Shown piece after piece: positions 10,866 through 23,780 of a stretch of 64,000 bases of DNA (positions are counted from its first letter, which is position 1; each line of letters starts with the position of its first letter). The position numbers were made by a program, and so were the translations under genes. The notes below the pieces were generated by a model. The model did not search any database. It was given only the letters and a program-made list of their open reading frames with translations, and had not been told where the DNA came from. Source of the stretch: Hydrolagus colliei (taxonomy: Eukaryota); the NCBI GenBank assembly GCA_035084275.1, contig CM068756.1:8990001-9054000 (forward strand), given 5' to 3'.

Positions 10866-13800
10866 TCACTTGGTCAATAAAATATGAGAGGTGTTACGGA
10901 TGGCAAGTAAACATTAAAACTGCCAGCTGTGAGATTATTGGAGGCACATTTATTTGTCTCTGTCTGTACATGAACTGCTGTAGACCTGGTAAGGTCACAA
11001 TACAATAATGAAAATTATTTGCAAATTACACTGAGGCCTTACCACATTAGCGCAATAAACACAGTGAATGCTTGGTGAGGCAGGAGGCGTTGGGCTTGAT
11101 AAATGAACTGTAAAGATGCCCATCTGGCTTCTAGGCTGCTTTTTAAGAGGAGGACAGATTCAGAAAAAAAAAGACATGGTGGATGTAGATGTAGTGACCC
11201 ATAATGAATCAAAGGTATAGATTAAGAAGAAAATAGTGAGAGGAAAGGGGGCCAGTATAGTGGAGAATGAATATATGATGAATGGGAGAGGGAGGTTCGC
11301 ATTGTAGTGAATAGGAAGAGATTGATTGTAGGCAGGCTCAAACTTAGAGCACAGCCTCCAAATGCTGAGAACGAAGCACAGGTTTAAATGAAGATGTCGG
11401 ACTTGTGCTTGGTGTTCAGCTGCCCACGAAGGCCTGTGACCCCCGTCCAGTTAAATCCGAGCGCATTTCCTTTGTTCGCCGTGACCCTTTTTGCTTCCCT
11501 ACCTCTGTCCTTCACCTGTGTTGCTTTTGTCTGGCAGCCTTGAAACAAATCTGGGCCTGTGCTCAATAGCTGGGAGCTCTGTGGCAAACAATAGAAATCT
11601 TGTTTGATTAAATGCTACATTTTAACAGCCACCAGTTGTCGTTTGATTCCTACAGAACATTTTCCGCTTGCTGTCTCTCCCTTACGCCTTCTCCTTTTCA
11701 AGGATAAATCGGGTACATTCTTCTTTTCTGCACTTGCTTCCAATGTGCTTGTGAAGGACAATGGACTGGGGTTTTTTTTTACATTTGAAAAAAAGCAAGA
11801 TGCAAGATTATTTTGGAGTGCCGCAGAGGAAAAAAAAACACAGGGATAAATCAGCAATCAACAGCCAAATGATGAAGTAAAGGCCTGGGATTCAGAAAGC
11901 TGGGACTTTATAGTGCAGAATTAGGAGAGTTAGTGTAGAGGTGAAAAGAGCTTCTGTCTGCTTTGCTAAAATTAATTGTGCAGAGAAGCCTAATGAAAGC
12001 AGCTTAGAAAAAGAACAGTTGTTCGTCGTTCATTACTAATGAGATTTTGCATTAAGTTAAATTGCTATTGGCTCGCTGAAAGGCAAAGTGAGGCTCTAAA
12101 CCCTGAATGGACAAGTCTAGCTGGCTTACAAAGCACCTAAGGAGCCACATACAGGTATTTGGAAATAACGGCGGTCTTGTCGACAGATGTTCAGGAGATC
12201 GCGTTGGTTAGACTCATATTTCTCTTCCAGGCAGCCTATGCTATATACGTCAGCCCAGGTGCAAGGTGGCCTTGCCAATAAACTGTCTCCTCCCAGCTCA
12301 GTAGCTCATCCCCACATCAGGGTGCGGGGGCTGTAATTAACACTTAGAAGGTTTGAGCTTTACTGGAGTGACGTGTGCAGTAATGATAGTGTTAGCTTCC
12401 TTAATTTCCCAGTTTCATCATCAATTATACCATGTGTTTCATCCAGTTGGTGCTAGCCTCCCATTGTTAATTATAACCTACAAGACTGTTACAGTTAATT
12501 TTATGGCAAGCATATTGTCTCTTCAAGGCTCCCGAGCAGCTCATAAATTATCTTGAAGGTGAAATGTAACTTGGGGAAATAGTTATGAAAATTCCATCCA
12601 TCTCGCTTAGGAGGCGCAGCTGCTACTGTCAGCTGCATTGCTACTGCATTGTGAAGGAATTATGGTGGGTCAGGCCTAGGAGGCTGGGCTCAGGCTGTCA
12701 CCGCAGAGGAAGCCTGTCCTGCCCCTGTCAGACATGCACCTTCTGCCTATCCCCTGTGGCCTCTCCTTTCAAGCAGTAAAAGGCAGGCTGTGCAGGTGTA
12801 TGGTCCCAGAGCTGTCTGTGTTCATTATTTAACAGGAACCTTCTTTAGGTAGGCAGGTATGAAGACCTTTCTCTTCACTGCTGTCATGATGAGGAGTGGT
12901 ATTACAGAGGTTGAAAGTACATAACTTCTTAAATAGAGTAATGTTCCTCACCCCCTCCCCTACCCCCACCACCACCGCACCCCATTAGAACATTTACAAG
13001 AACCTATTGTGGACTTGATAACACTAAAATCATGTTATATTTAAATTCAGACGTACTGTTTCTTTGCTGAATCAATTTGGATAGTACCACACCTTTTTAC
13101 CTTTAAAAATAAACTTCAGTTGAAAAGTGGCTAAATTGATTCTTTGAATGCTGAACTATAGAAAGTTTGCAGGATAGAAGAAGCATTTATTTTAGAATTA
13201 TGGACCTGTTCTCTAACTTGCAGAATACTTTGTATTTAAGCTTAGGATATGGACTCCATGAACAAGTTAGCGGAATTCTATTGGACAGAGTGATTCCATG
13301 GTCTATCTCTTTTGCCATAGAGTGATGGTTGGCAGCTTTGTATGACCTATTTTTTCTGACTGAACGGTGCAGAGCTTGTCTGAATAACTGGTGATCAGTA
13401 GCCAGTGGGGAAGAATTGGAAGATTCACTCACCCTCTCGTGCCAATCTTGCTCTTTCCAGCAGCCAGTTCAAGGGCAGTGTCAGATCAGGCAGTCCACCT
13501 ACCTACCTGCTCAGCTGTTGTTCAGTATATGTTGGGAGAGCTGAAGACCAGTACATGAAAACTCAGTTGAACCCACAAAATCAGAATTGATTCAAACTAC
13601 TGAACAGATTAATGGGAAGAAAAAAACAGGTTTGAAAGCAAGTCAGATACTTGATTTGGTGCACACCTACATTGTTACACTGAGCTTTGTGAATCAAAAG
13701 TGAATGAAAGTTTCCAACGGGAACATATGCTGCCATGTTTGAAGAACAAATTAGAAAATTGTCAAACTTCCTAATGGATGTGATAAGGGGAATAAGGTTG

Positions 13801-15149
13801 TTTTCTGGAAATAAGACACTTAGCATTGATTAAACAACTTGTTTGCGCCTCTCACTTTAATCATTTCTCTCCACGTTATTCTAGCAAAAAAGAAATGCGC
13901 TCAAACAAGTTTTCTCCAAATAAATCACAAAGTGGTAAGCTTCTCATTGTCTGGTTTTGCTGCAGAAATATGTAATGCAATTCTCAAAGATATTAAATCA
14001 TTATTTTGTGAATACAGCAGAGTGTCGAGTGATTATCTGACCAATAATGAGTTATTATCATGACTAATATGTTTGGGGTTTGCAATCAGGGTTTCGAAAT
14101 AGTAGTATCAATACATTCAAGTTCCCACTTGTACCAAAGCATTTGAGCGCACCTTATTCAAATATAGCAATGCAAGTATGTTGGCAGTGGGCCGAAAGTC
14201 TAGGAGCAAAACATACGTAACTATGTGATACTGTATTGTCCCTTCAATTTGCTCAGTAAGGTACGTGTCCAGCTGAGACCATTAAGGCTTTGGCAGGTTT
14301 GGCTACACGTTTCCACATCTAAGTGGACATTTTTGTTTTCTGACACATGCAAAATCCCTTCACCACCAACACATGGAAATTTCCCTGGGGCTGGAATGGA
14401 ATGTTCTCTCTCTCTCTGAAAATACCCACACTGTTTATCTAATTCCGGAAAGCATTTGCCGCAAGTTGGTGAAACCCATGCTCGGTTATCCCAGAGTGTG
14501 CGTCTTGAAAGTTTCCATTGCTTGTCCAGCAAGGACCACCCTATCTGATAGGACTTTCACTTTGTAGGATTTACAGGACTGGAGTGGTGGAATCCCTACT
14601 GCCTGCAGTAAATATCCGTGCTTAGTAACTCCACATAATATTTTTGTGCTTTATTCACCTTGAGAGAGGTCTGAGTGGAAGGCTGAGTGGAACCATCAGA
14701 ATTCAAACCAAGGTTGTCTGATCCCTATTCTCAACCAATTTAGTAACCACTTATATCAATAAATAAATTGAAAACCTCACATAAATTAATGGGACAATCG
14801 TGGACCCCGATGATCCTCAGAAATGAAAGAACAAGCAAAATTTTCTTGGCAGACATTCACTAAAGGGAAAGCTGATCTACTGCGTCACTTGAAGTGCAAG
14901 CCTTGTAATTTTGAAATAGCCAATTTGTGCTCTTTTGGGTGATTTCACCGTCTATATCAGATACAGGTACGAGGAAGTAGCCAAGGAATCTATTGTGAGG
15001 AGCTGCGGCCAGTTTGGGTTTCATTGTATATAATTAGTCCGTTGTGATGAAAAGGGAGCCTCTGTAGTGGCCAGAAACAATGAGAAGACCTTTAACTTCA
15101 AATTCTGTCGCGAAGAAATCTGTCTCTTTAGGCTGAAGCAGACTGGCAT

Positions 15150-15500
15150 TTCTGACAGAACGTATAAGCAGATGTGAGCATTGTTACTAATGACAGGTGA
15201 TTATAAGTGGCATGGGTGCCAGGGTAATTAAACCATTCCTTGACAGCAACATTTGGTGCTGTGGTATTCCTGCATTAGAATAATTGTTGCAGCACATTTT
15301 CACCTGCTAGGCCACAGCTTCGAACATCATTAATTTTGTACTGGAACATGGTGCCTGGAGAAATGGACTTGGGCTGATTTACCACAGCGCTATATGCTGG
15401 GTGCCCAGAGTTCTTCCAGTCTGGTGGCAGCAGTTCTGTTAGTGTTCTATGACAAGTAGCATTTTGCAGTAATGACAGACAGTGGCTATGACTGACAGGA
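15150..15500 (+). promoter_or_regulatory. Homotypic Meis/TALE (TGACAG) cluster, candidate enhancer
   Basis: TGACAG at 15153, 15191, 15241, 15473 and 15493, all on the same strand, plus TAATTA. Confidence 0.5.
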
Positions 15501-18500
15501 TCTCTGAGCGAATTGAGCAGGTTCAATTATAAGAGAAAGAAGGTTACTCGAGATAAAAACCAAATGGTCCAATTCTGCTTGGTTCTGACCCCTTGACTTC
15601 ACATCATGCTGCTGCAAATAAAGCAGGTGATACCTCCTAGCATCTCTGAGACACGCTGATAAAACTGTTTGGGTTTTCTTGTTTGAAAGTATCCGTCTGC
15701 GGCATGCTTGTAAAGTGAAACACGATAGGAAAACAAAGGCAACGGCATTAGTCATTTTCTTCTCTCTTACGGTTTAGAAAGTGGAGCATTGTCATTCTCC
15801 CTAAGAATTTATCTAGGACATACCTTCCAGAAATCAATACAAGATAAATGATTGTTCTCTGAACTCCCCCTGCCCACCCCCCGCCCTCCTGCTACCATGG
15901 TAATATTCCAGCTATTCACCTGTAGCCAACCTGACGCCAAGGTAAATGGGAGATTTTAGTGTCGAAAGTATCCTTTTTTGTTGCCACTCAAAATTGAGTG
16001 CAGTTTTACACTTGTTTCTAGCCTGATGCCTGAAGCTCCAGATAAAGTTATACTGAGAGACTTAATTAAACTGTCTCTGTCTGCCCTCACTTGACTGGCT
16101 TTACAATATCATTTAACTAACAGACATTCCTAACTGTTGAAGCCAGTACCAGCATGTCTCCAATGGGAAAGGTAAAATGAATAAACTTTCTTAATATGTA
16201 CGAGCACCTTATCCAGTGTGTCAGACAGATGTGCAAGCATTTACTCCTGTGTTAGCAGCTTTGTAATTGCAATGCATACTTATTACTTCATATTGAGCTA
16301 CAATAGATGTAAGAGGGAAATTCTGTTTGGAATGAGCTTCTGGTTACGCCTATTAAGTAGGTCATACACGTTATAAACACGTTAAAAGAGAATGATCCTA
16401 ACGTTTCCTTGATAAGCTTGTAATCTGTTAAATTCTGTTATATATAGCGTTCACAGATTTCTTCCTATATCATTGCAATGTGATATTTTCACCAGACAGG
16501 AGTTTGCCCCTTACAGTGGATCTATTTTGTCGTAGAAAATGTTACGTGTTGTAATATTGGTTGATACTGTGACAAGGCATTAGACCAATATCTTACACCA
16601 TTGGTGGCTAAACCATAACCCGCCAGTGCCAAGTAGCAGCCTGGTGAACATTCACACAAGTCTAGTGTTCATTTATGACAAGAAATATTCAATCAAGAAA
16701 ATGTATGTTATTGGCCGACCAAAAAGGTTGGCTACCACTATCCTACACACTGTGTAGGTGATACATGGTATTGTAATAATAATAGTACTAATAATGTTCC
16801 TTGCATTTGATATTATCTATAGTAGTGCAGCCTCAAGCATCTATGATGTCTTATCCAAATCCTATGTGCAAGGCATTAACGGCTGCCCTGAATTGGCTTC
16901 TCGATGAGAACTGAACTGGTGTTGAACCACAATTGACTTGTATTATTTAGCAATGTGGATCTTAGGTGTGTTACAATAACAATAAAAGCTCCGCATAAAT
17001 AAGAGGTGCTATTTAACAATCTCTGAAGTCTGAAACTGAGCACCTCCCGACTAGAGGTTTTGTTTTGGGTGATTTGTCATAGTTAAAGCAAAAATATCTA
17101 GTTGAGGTGGCAGGCAAATGAGCCATTCCCAGGCTTTGTCATTTCTACTCCTGAGATGGTCATCACTGAGAGGCTGGGAGGCTGTGTCGCCTCACGGTTT
17201 TCCCTTCTTCCAACCAAATCTGAACAAGAACACGCATTCTGTCATGCAGCTGTGAAAAGGGCTGTCAGCTGCTATCCCGGCAGAACATGAAGTGTCAGAA
17301 ATACCATGCCAGTGGTTGTGTTTGTGGAGGTAAAGCTGTCACCAGTCAGAGCTCAGTGGGATGGAGTTACTGCTGACTTGCTGACTAGTTGACTGCGTTC
17401 TCCACGACTGGCAGCTGGCAGAGAACAACATCCTGGTAAAGAGCTTTTCTACAAGAACAGAACCAGTAGCATCGTTTTCAACATTTTGCTTCAGACAATG
17501 TTTGCAACATGACCACATGGGGTAAAATCTCACACTTCATTGTATGTAGTTCTGCAGCACAGCCCAATCTAACTGTGTTTTGTGTAAGCCTGAGAACATA
17601 CAGAAAATAATGACTTGTGGTATTTGGAGGATAATTAAAAAATAAGGATGAATAGATCGAACCACTTGTTGCTATAGTGTTCCTCATTCTGTGAATGATG
17701 TTATCCTCCCCCAAACAAATTTGTTGACTCTCTACTGCACTGGGGCATTGTTCCATCGGGATTGGATTCCTGTATCTAGGTTTCTGTGTTCTCTATCTGT
17801 GTAATGTGAAACAAGTGGTCTCACTTACACATGCTGTCTGTGTCTTTCACTCTCACCCAGTCTTTGTAATTCTATACCATTGTACTTCCATGCTCTTACT
17901 GCCTAGTATTTGTAATTTCAGTCACACCCTTCACTATTCTTCCACTAGTTGCCAAAACTGAACTATGTTTTACACCCAACTCAATTGCTGTCTCTCTTTT
18001 GATGTCAGATCAATCACTGTTGCTGTTGCCACCCGCCGCTGCTCTGTTCTGTTTTACATAAAACATTAATACTTTTTGTTTTCTCCTCGCCTCTTTCCTG
18101 AAAGGTTCACCTGCTTTGCGAAATGCACCAGGCCCTAACTAAAGAGAACCTTCTCTTAAGTCTCTGCCAGTGCCATTCGTAATCTGTCTTTCTCAGTGAA
18201 CAGGTCCAAGCATGTGGGTGAACAGCCTTGGTCACTCACAGACGTTTCCTTGTTTCACTGTGACCTGTGCTTTACTTCCCCCCCAATGTCATGATCAGAG
18301 ATGTGGTGAATCATGTCACAAAACCTCATCTCCACCTCTTGGCTTCTTAGTTGAATTAATAGCAATCCTCAGAGGGGACGTGTATTAAAAACAAAAAAAT
18401 GTACAACAAGCTAAAAATGCAATAATCCATAGCAACGTTGAGTGCTATCAGAGCAATGTGTCACTTCAAATATGACAAAGTGAAGTGTTTGACAGCAAGG

Positions 18501-18682
18501 CTCTGCAATTGAGCTCTTCCTCCTAGAAAGTGAACTCTTTTCAAACTAAGGATGTCGGTCACATCAGAGAATGATTTAGGTGGAATCTTGGTGCTTGCAA
18601 AATGGAACATATGTGCGTTTCTTTTTTGAAACAAAACATAGAAAACGACACATTTCAAATAAAAGTACCGTGCCCGTGAACC

Positions 18683-18724
18683 TAATAAGCCTTTCATTAA
18701 TAAGCATTTCATTAATAAGCCTTA
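18683..18724. repeat. 15-bp tandem repeat, about 2.8 copies
   Basis: TAATAAGCCTTTCAT TAATAAGCATTTCAT TAATAAGCCTTA. Confidence 0.9.
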
Positions 18725-18734
18725 TGAGCATCTC

Positions 18735-18982
18735 TAACCCTTCCTTCCCTCCATCAGTGGACATGACTTCAGGCACTTCGCACCCAATCTCTTGAATTCC
18801 CTGCTTCAATCCTTCCACCTTACCCATTCTCGTTCTGTTTAAAACCTACCTTTTCAACCATGCCTATGGTCACCACCACTCTCCTGTTCGTCAATAAGCC
18901 CTCCCATTGTACAGCCCTCTTGAGCTTTATTCTAATGTCCACACTTTATACTATGTGAACGGTGCTACATAAGTTGTTGTTA
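18735..18982 (+). mobile_element. L2 LINE 3' end
   Basis: Degenerate AP.LWNSLP...LKTYLFNHAYG-type ORF2 C-terminus, then tail GGTGCTACATAAGTTGTTGTT. Confidence 0.7.
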
Positions 18983-19864
18983 TCACAACTTCTAGGGTTA
19001 TTGCACATAGATACTGTGCTATGTTTTCATTATTAATCCTTGTTCTCATGTCTCACAGAGAAGATCTTGTCCCCCTCTCTGCCCCAGGCTCTAACATCAC
19101 ATGAAAAAAAAGGTCCTGGAATGTTGAAGAGACAAGGCTTGATACTTGTGTTAAACATCGAGGAGAGCAGACTTTCTAACAAGCATATCTTTGTCCCCGA
19201 CTTGAAGGGGAAAGGCAGTTGAGTAGTCCTTTAATTGTGATACCAATATAGGTAAGAGGATTTGCTTTTAGACCCTGTGTTTCATCTTCTCAGCAATTTT
19301 GAATCATTGCTGATCTCCAAACCTTTTTATGGCTTAAATGATTCAGCACTTCTGTCTGTTACAGATTCAAGAATAGTTTGTATCCGGCCATAATCTGAAG
19401 AGCATGCATTTCTTTCAACATTCAAAGTGTTACAAGATGATTGGGTTGTATCCAGCAAGCACCCAGGCTAATGTCAGGGCCGGAGTTATATAATATAATA
19501 ACTTAACTCTTTAGTTGCTTTTAGTTAGAATAAAAATTCATTTAGAGCAAGTAATATCTGGGAGTGATTACCCAGCGGTAAACTCATCAAGAGGTTCAGA
19601 GGATTCCATAAACCACAGGAGCTGGATCTTGAGTCGGGATTGCTGCATTGAACTCACTCCCAGCTATTTACTATTCCTTATAATAGGTACTGAAAGGTAT
19701 GAGTGATTTCTTTCCATTTTGCCAGCTGTTACTGTCATGCCAGGTAGGACTGGCAGCATGTTGCTTCTTTTCATTCACAAATTGTGCCAGTGTTCACAGT
19801 GGAGGATTTAATGTGGAGTAATCACTGCAGGTTTAGATACTGGCAACCATCAATTGATAAAATT

Positions 19865-19950
19865 AATAATAATAAAAATCCTTACATTTGAAATAGCACC
19901 TTATCACGTTGTTGAGATGTCTCAAAGCACTTCACAGAATATACTGTATA
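19865..19950 (-). mobile_element. tRNA-Deu-L2 SINE tail
   Basis: (AAT)n CCTTACATTTGAAATAGCACC...CAAAGCACTTCACAGAATATACTG. Confidence 0.85.
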
Positions 19951-21494
19951 CTCTTAACCACTCCAATCCTAGCTAGTCTGTTGGAGTTAAATAATCATAC
20001 AGGCAAACTAACTAGCTATTGCATGCCAGCAGTAACCCACAAATAGCAACACTGAAGTCAGTAGATAGTGGGGTCAAGACTTTAAAATCACAGAATCTTG
20101 GCTGATACTCCAATACAATGCAGGCTTGTGCAAAGTTGTTGGAGGTACATTCATTAAGTTATTGTTCATTTTTTTTTGTACAAGAAGTTGAAAGAAATGA
20201 TGGTAGTCAAGACCATATCTCTGCGGGCCAGCTTCCTTATAGGTTTTAGCTGCCAACAGAATGGAAAGGGAAATAATTTACAGGCTTCAGAAGTACGCAA
20301 CATGTCGGATGTCATCTCCAACATGAATAATGTGACGGGTAGGGTGCACTACGAAGGATTAGCAGCTAAAAATATGTGTAATCCAAATCAATGTACAGTA
20401 CCTAGGACATTTGTCAATAATTATTTATAATTGTTCAGAAAAAGTTTCAAATGGAAATAAGGCAATTTTTATAAGAAATAATTGCTAAATCATGCCTCCC
20501 AGCTACATCTGATCAAAACCTAGAAGTTAAAAACAACTAGATTTAAAAAGAAGCATATGAAATAGAAAAACTAAAGAGTGCAGCTTTCACAGTTGATAAA
20601 CTTTCGGACTTTTGCTGTCCGCTGGGTAAGTTTGATCTCAGCTGTCGATAGGTTGCTTCAGTTAGCATCTGGATTATGAAAGAGGAAAATCAAGCATCAT
20701 TCTTGCTTGAATGAATGAATCTACACACAATGGGTTTCTGGATTTGACTGTCTGTCAATGAAAAGTACCACGGTGAAGTTTTTTCCCCTCAAGAAGAGCA
20801 GCAAATCAAAGCTAAATCAAGGCCACTCTTTCACACCACTCAACAGCTGGTTATAGAGGAATACTGGTTTCCCCTCTTTGCCCTGTGAATGGTATGTGAT
20901 GCTCACGGGTTTAAATAGAGGGAAGAGAAGTAACTAATGTTTAGATGGAGGAATGAGCAATGCAATTCACTCTGTACAGTACTTTAATTTTCCTTTATGA
21001 AACCTTAAATTATATATCTGGGTATGGTGTGATGGCAAAAACAAGATGAATATGGTCTGTGCATATCCTGAACATAGACTTAATCAACAGGTGAGCAGGG
21101 TGGGTTTAACGACCTTTCATTTCTTTCTCACCTTCTTACGTTCTTCTGTAATATTAATGCAGTTTTGATGCTGTGAACAGGACGAATGATCTTAAATTCT
21201 CTCCATTTGTGCTAGAGTAACTCACGTGTCATGTTTTATTGATACAGCCATATTATTCAGTGGGGCTAGTCTTTCACTGCTGTCCACTTTAATGTATTAA
21301 TGATGTTCAGATTATAAATGGCACAAGTGTATTTGTGCTGCTCGGATAATTATGGAATGAATATCAAAGGCATTTTATTCTAGTATCGCAAAGGTCTTGT
21401 TGACATGAAAATTATTTTATTTATAGAATAGGCCCTTTCTGTGTTGTTTTGGCAGATTTGGGTGCTCTGGAAACAGTACTTTATCGAGTTTTCC

Positions 21495-21898
21495 CGGTTG
21501 CTTGTGGGACTTGCTGTGGCTGCCCAAATTGGCTGCCACATTTACCTTCAAAATACAGTCACTACGTTTTAATGTCAATCCTGTCAAGCGCTTTGAGATA
21601 TCCTCCTGATATTAAACACGGAATGATGCACAGTGGATGTGGTCATTGTCCCTCCATTCTCAACACTGTGGAAGTGTACTTGATTGGTGCAAGAAGAATC
21701 AATCTATCATTTCTATCGCATGTGAAAATAATAATAGTAAATTGGTCCCTCAATCCACGACTGTTTGTGGGAGACAAACACTGCCGCGTTTTGCCCACAA
21801 ATTATATAGTCAATCCACTAAACGGTGTATTCTGTGAAGTACTTTGAGATGTTTCAAAGACATGACAAGGCGCTATATCAAATGCAACGATTTTTTTT
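21495..21898 (+). mobile_element. Two Deu-SINE 3' fragments (about 21495-21615, older; 21725-21898)
   Basis: Both carry TTGTGGGA..GCTG(T/C)../AATTGGCTGCC-like Deu segments and AAG..CTTTGAGA tails. Confidence 0.8.
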
Positions 21899-22709
21899 AG
21901 ATTATACGAATTTCATCTTCTAACGGTGTAGCATGTTCCCCGAAATAAGAGTTTCTCAACCTCTGTTTTTGTCTTTATGGGTGTTCTGCTTCCTGCTCCC
22001 AGCACTGTACCGTACAGCTCACTCAACACCATTATTCCTCTTGTGTCTTTTGTTCTTGTTATATCTGCCCATTTCCCGAAGGACCGCTTTGAATGTTCAG
22101 TGCTTGTTCGCAGATGCAGTCCTGGTGTTCTTTCATCTTCCATACAGAAAAATAGTTTTAAATTTAACAGCTTTTCTCTAAATCCCCAAAGACGGGCATT
22201 TAGGGAGAGAATAAAGGTGAGGTGCTCCTGTTGGTATTAGTTGGAGCATTATTCTTGATTTGTCAACCATCTTCTGTTTATAAACTTAAATCTACACAGA
22301 GTTTAGTACTTACCCCAGAGCTACCCATAAGTTTAACCTTTAACTTTTCGCTGTCAACCACCATTTGCTGAGGAAAGGCAGGTGACTTATTTTCGGGCGT
22401 CTGTCTCTACCTTGAGTTAGCCACCAAGATGTACATCGGAACAGCTGTTTTAACCCAGTTTCACCTGCACCCTTTGGGAAAAGTGTCTGGTTTCCACTTG
22501 TCAATCTCCATAATGAGCTGGCTGTGATTGGGATCTCACTGTGCAGGGAGCAGAACACACTGATACACATTGTGTTGTTCCACAGCACTGTGCGAACATC
22601 AGCATGCTGAGGCTGGTTACATACCCGACATAATAGATTTAGGAATAATTATACCCCCCAAAAAATTGCCATTAAATGTTTCAACAGCTTTTAGTCAGGC
22701 ATCTTCATT

Positions 22710-23050
22710 GAAAGGATCTGAAGCATTTGGTCTGAACCACCACTTCCATCATTGGCCCGTCGTGTCTGTGCCGGCCATCTTTCAAGTGTGTGAATGATAT
22801 GGGTCTACTCAGCCATGGAGATATTGTAGCTGAGCCTGTTCTCTCTTGCTAGTCACATTTACACTTTCCAAAAGGGGTCACCGGAGAGTGGTAGAAAACA
22901 GGAACCTGGCTACGTTTCCATCTCCTTCACCCAGGCCATAATTGTTATATTTTCCCTCACAGCCACCTTATCTAAAAATAGGCTTTTAGAATTCAGACCG
23001 GAGACAGAACCTGTGATTATCCTGGTTGAGCACCGCACCCACTGAGGGAG
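22710..23050 (-). mobile_element. Degenerate AmnSINE2-like SINE
   Basis: CACTTTCCAAAAGGGGTCACCGGA...GGAACCTGGCT and CAGACCGGAGACAGAACCTG match the reverse of the 24140 copy. Confidence 0.55.
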
Positions 23051-23224
23051 TGGCTTCAATGTTTACATCATATTAGCATTGATATAATCTCATAATGATA
23101 TCATCTCATAACCAAGCATTAACCTGGAAAAAGACAGTCCGTGAAACTCGGCAATAGTGAGTCAGGGTAACTAAAGGTGGTTCCCACTCCCTTGTGGAGA
23201 AAGCAAATATGTTCTCGAACCAAG

Positions 23225-23780
23225 AGGGCAGGGTTTCCGGTCAATACATGGTCACACCAGATGTCGGTGGCAGGTTCAGGAAGGCTTGTAATACTTTAAG
23301 CGAGCTTAAGGAGCTACGGAGGAGCTGAAGGCTACACTGCACGAAGCCATTATCCAATCCAGCCTGCTGAAGAGCATTGAGACCTGCCCATTTACAAAGA
23401 AAAAACAGCGGTGGTTGGAGGCTGTCCAGAATTGACATATGCACTGCAGGCTGCTCTGGGACCACCATAGGATGGTAACATTCAGAGAATGGCTCAGCCT
23501 CTTGCTTGTCGAGAATACTACCTTCCATAGAAAAGTGGTCACGGGGTTCTATGATGTTTGGATGGATGACAGGCTAATTCTTGTGATGCCAGCTGGAGGG
23601 AAAAGACCAAGAGGACATCCATGAAGTTGATGGGTGGATATAGCAAGACAGAATTTGAAAGCAATGGGCATCCCCGAGGGCAGCTGGTGATTCGCGGCTT
23701 CAAGTGGAATGGCAGCACATTGTCAACATGGCAACTGGATTGTGTTCTTGAAATGCCAATGGGGATTATGTATAACTAAC
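23225..23780 (+). mobile_element. RTE-clade LINE 3' fragment (decayed ORF)
   Basis: LKATLHEAIIQSSLLKSIETCPFTKKKQRWLEAVQ...MPAGGKRPRGHP*...W.D..RQNLKAMGI resembles RTE motifs LLYG.ETW and GKRPRGRP..W.D; contains stops and frameshifts. Confidence 0.75.

Noticed and set aside
13390-13560. LF-SINE-like relics (also about 31720-31800)
   Set aside because: Only short patches resemble the recalled consensus; a profile HMM search is needed.
16742-16758. Short perfect palindromes and 12-bp tandem duplications (also about 43974, 9330 and 14671)
   Set aside because: They are expected by chance or slippage in 64 kb and have no supporting context.
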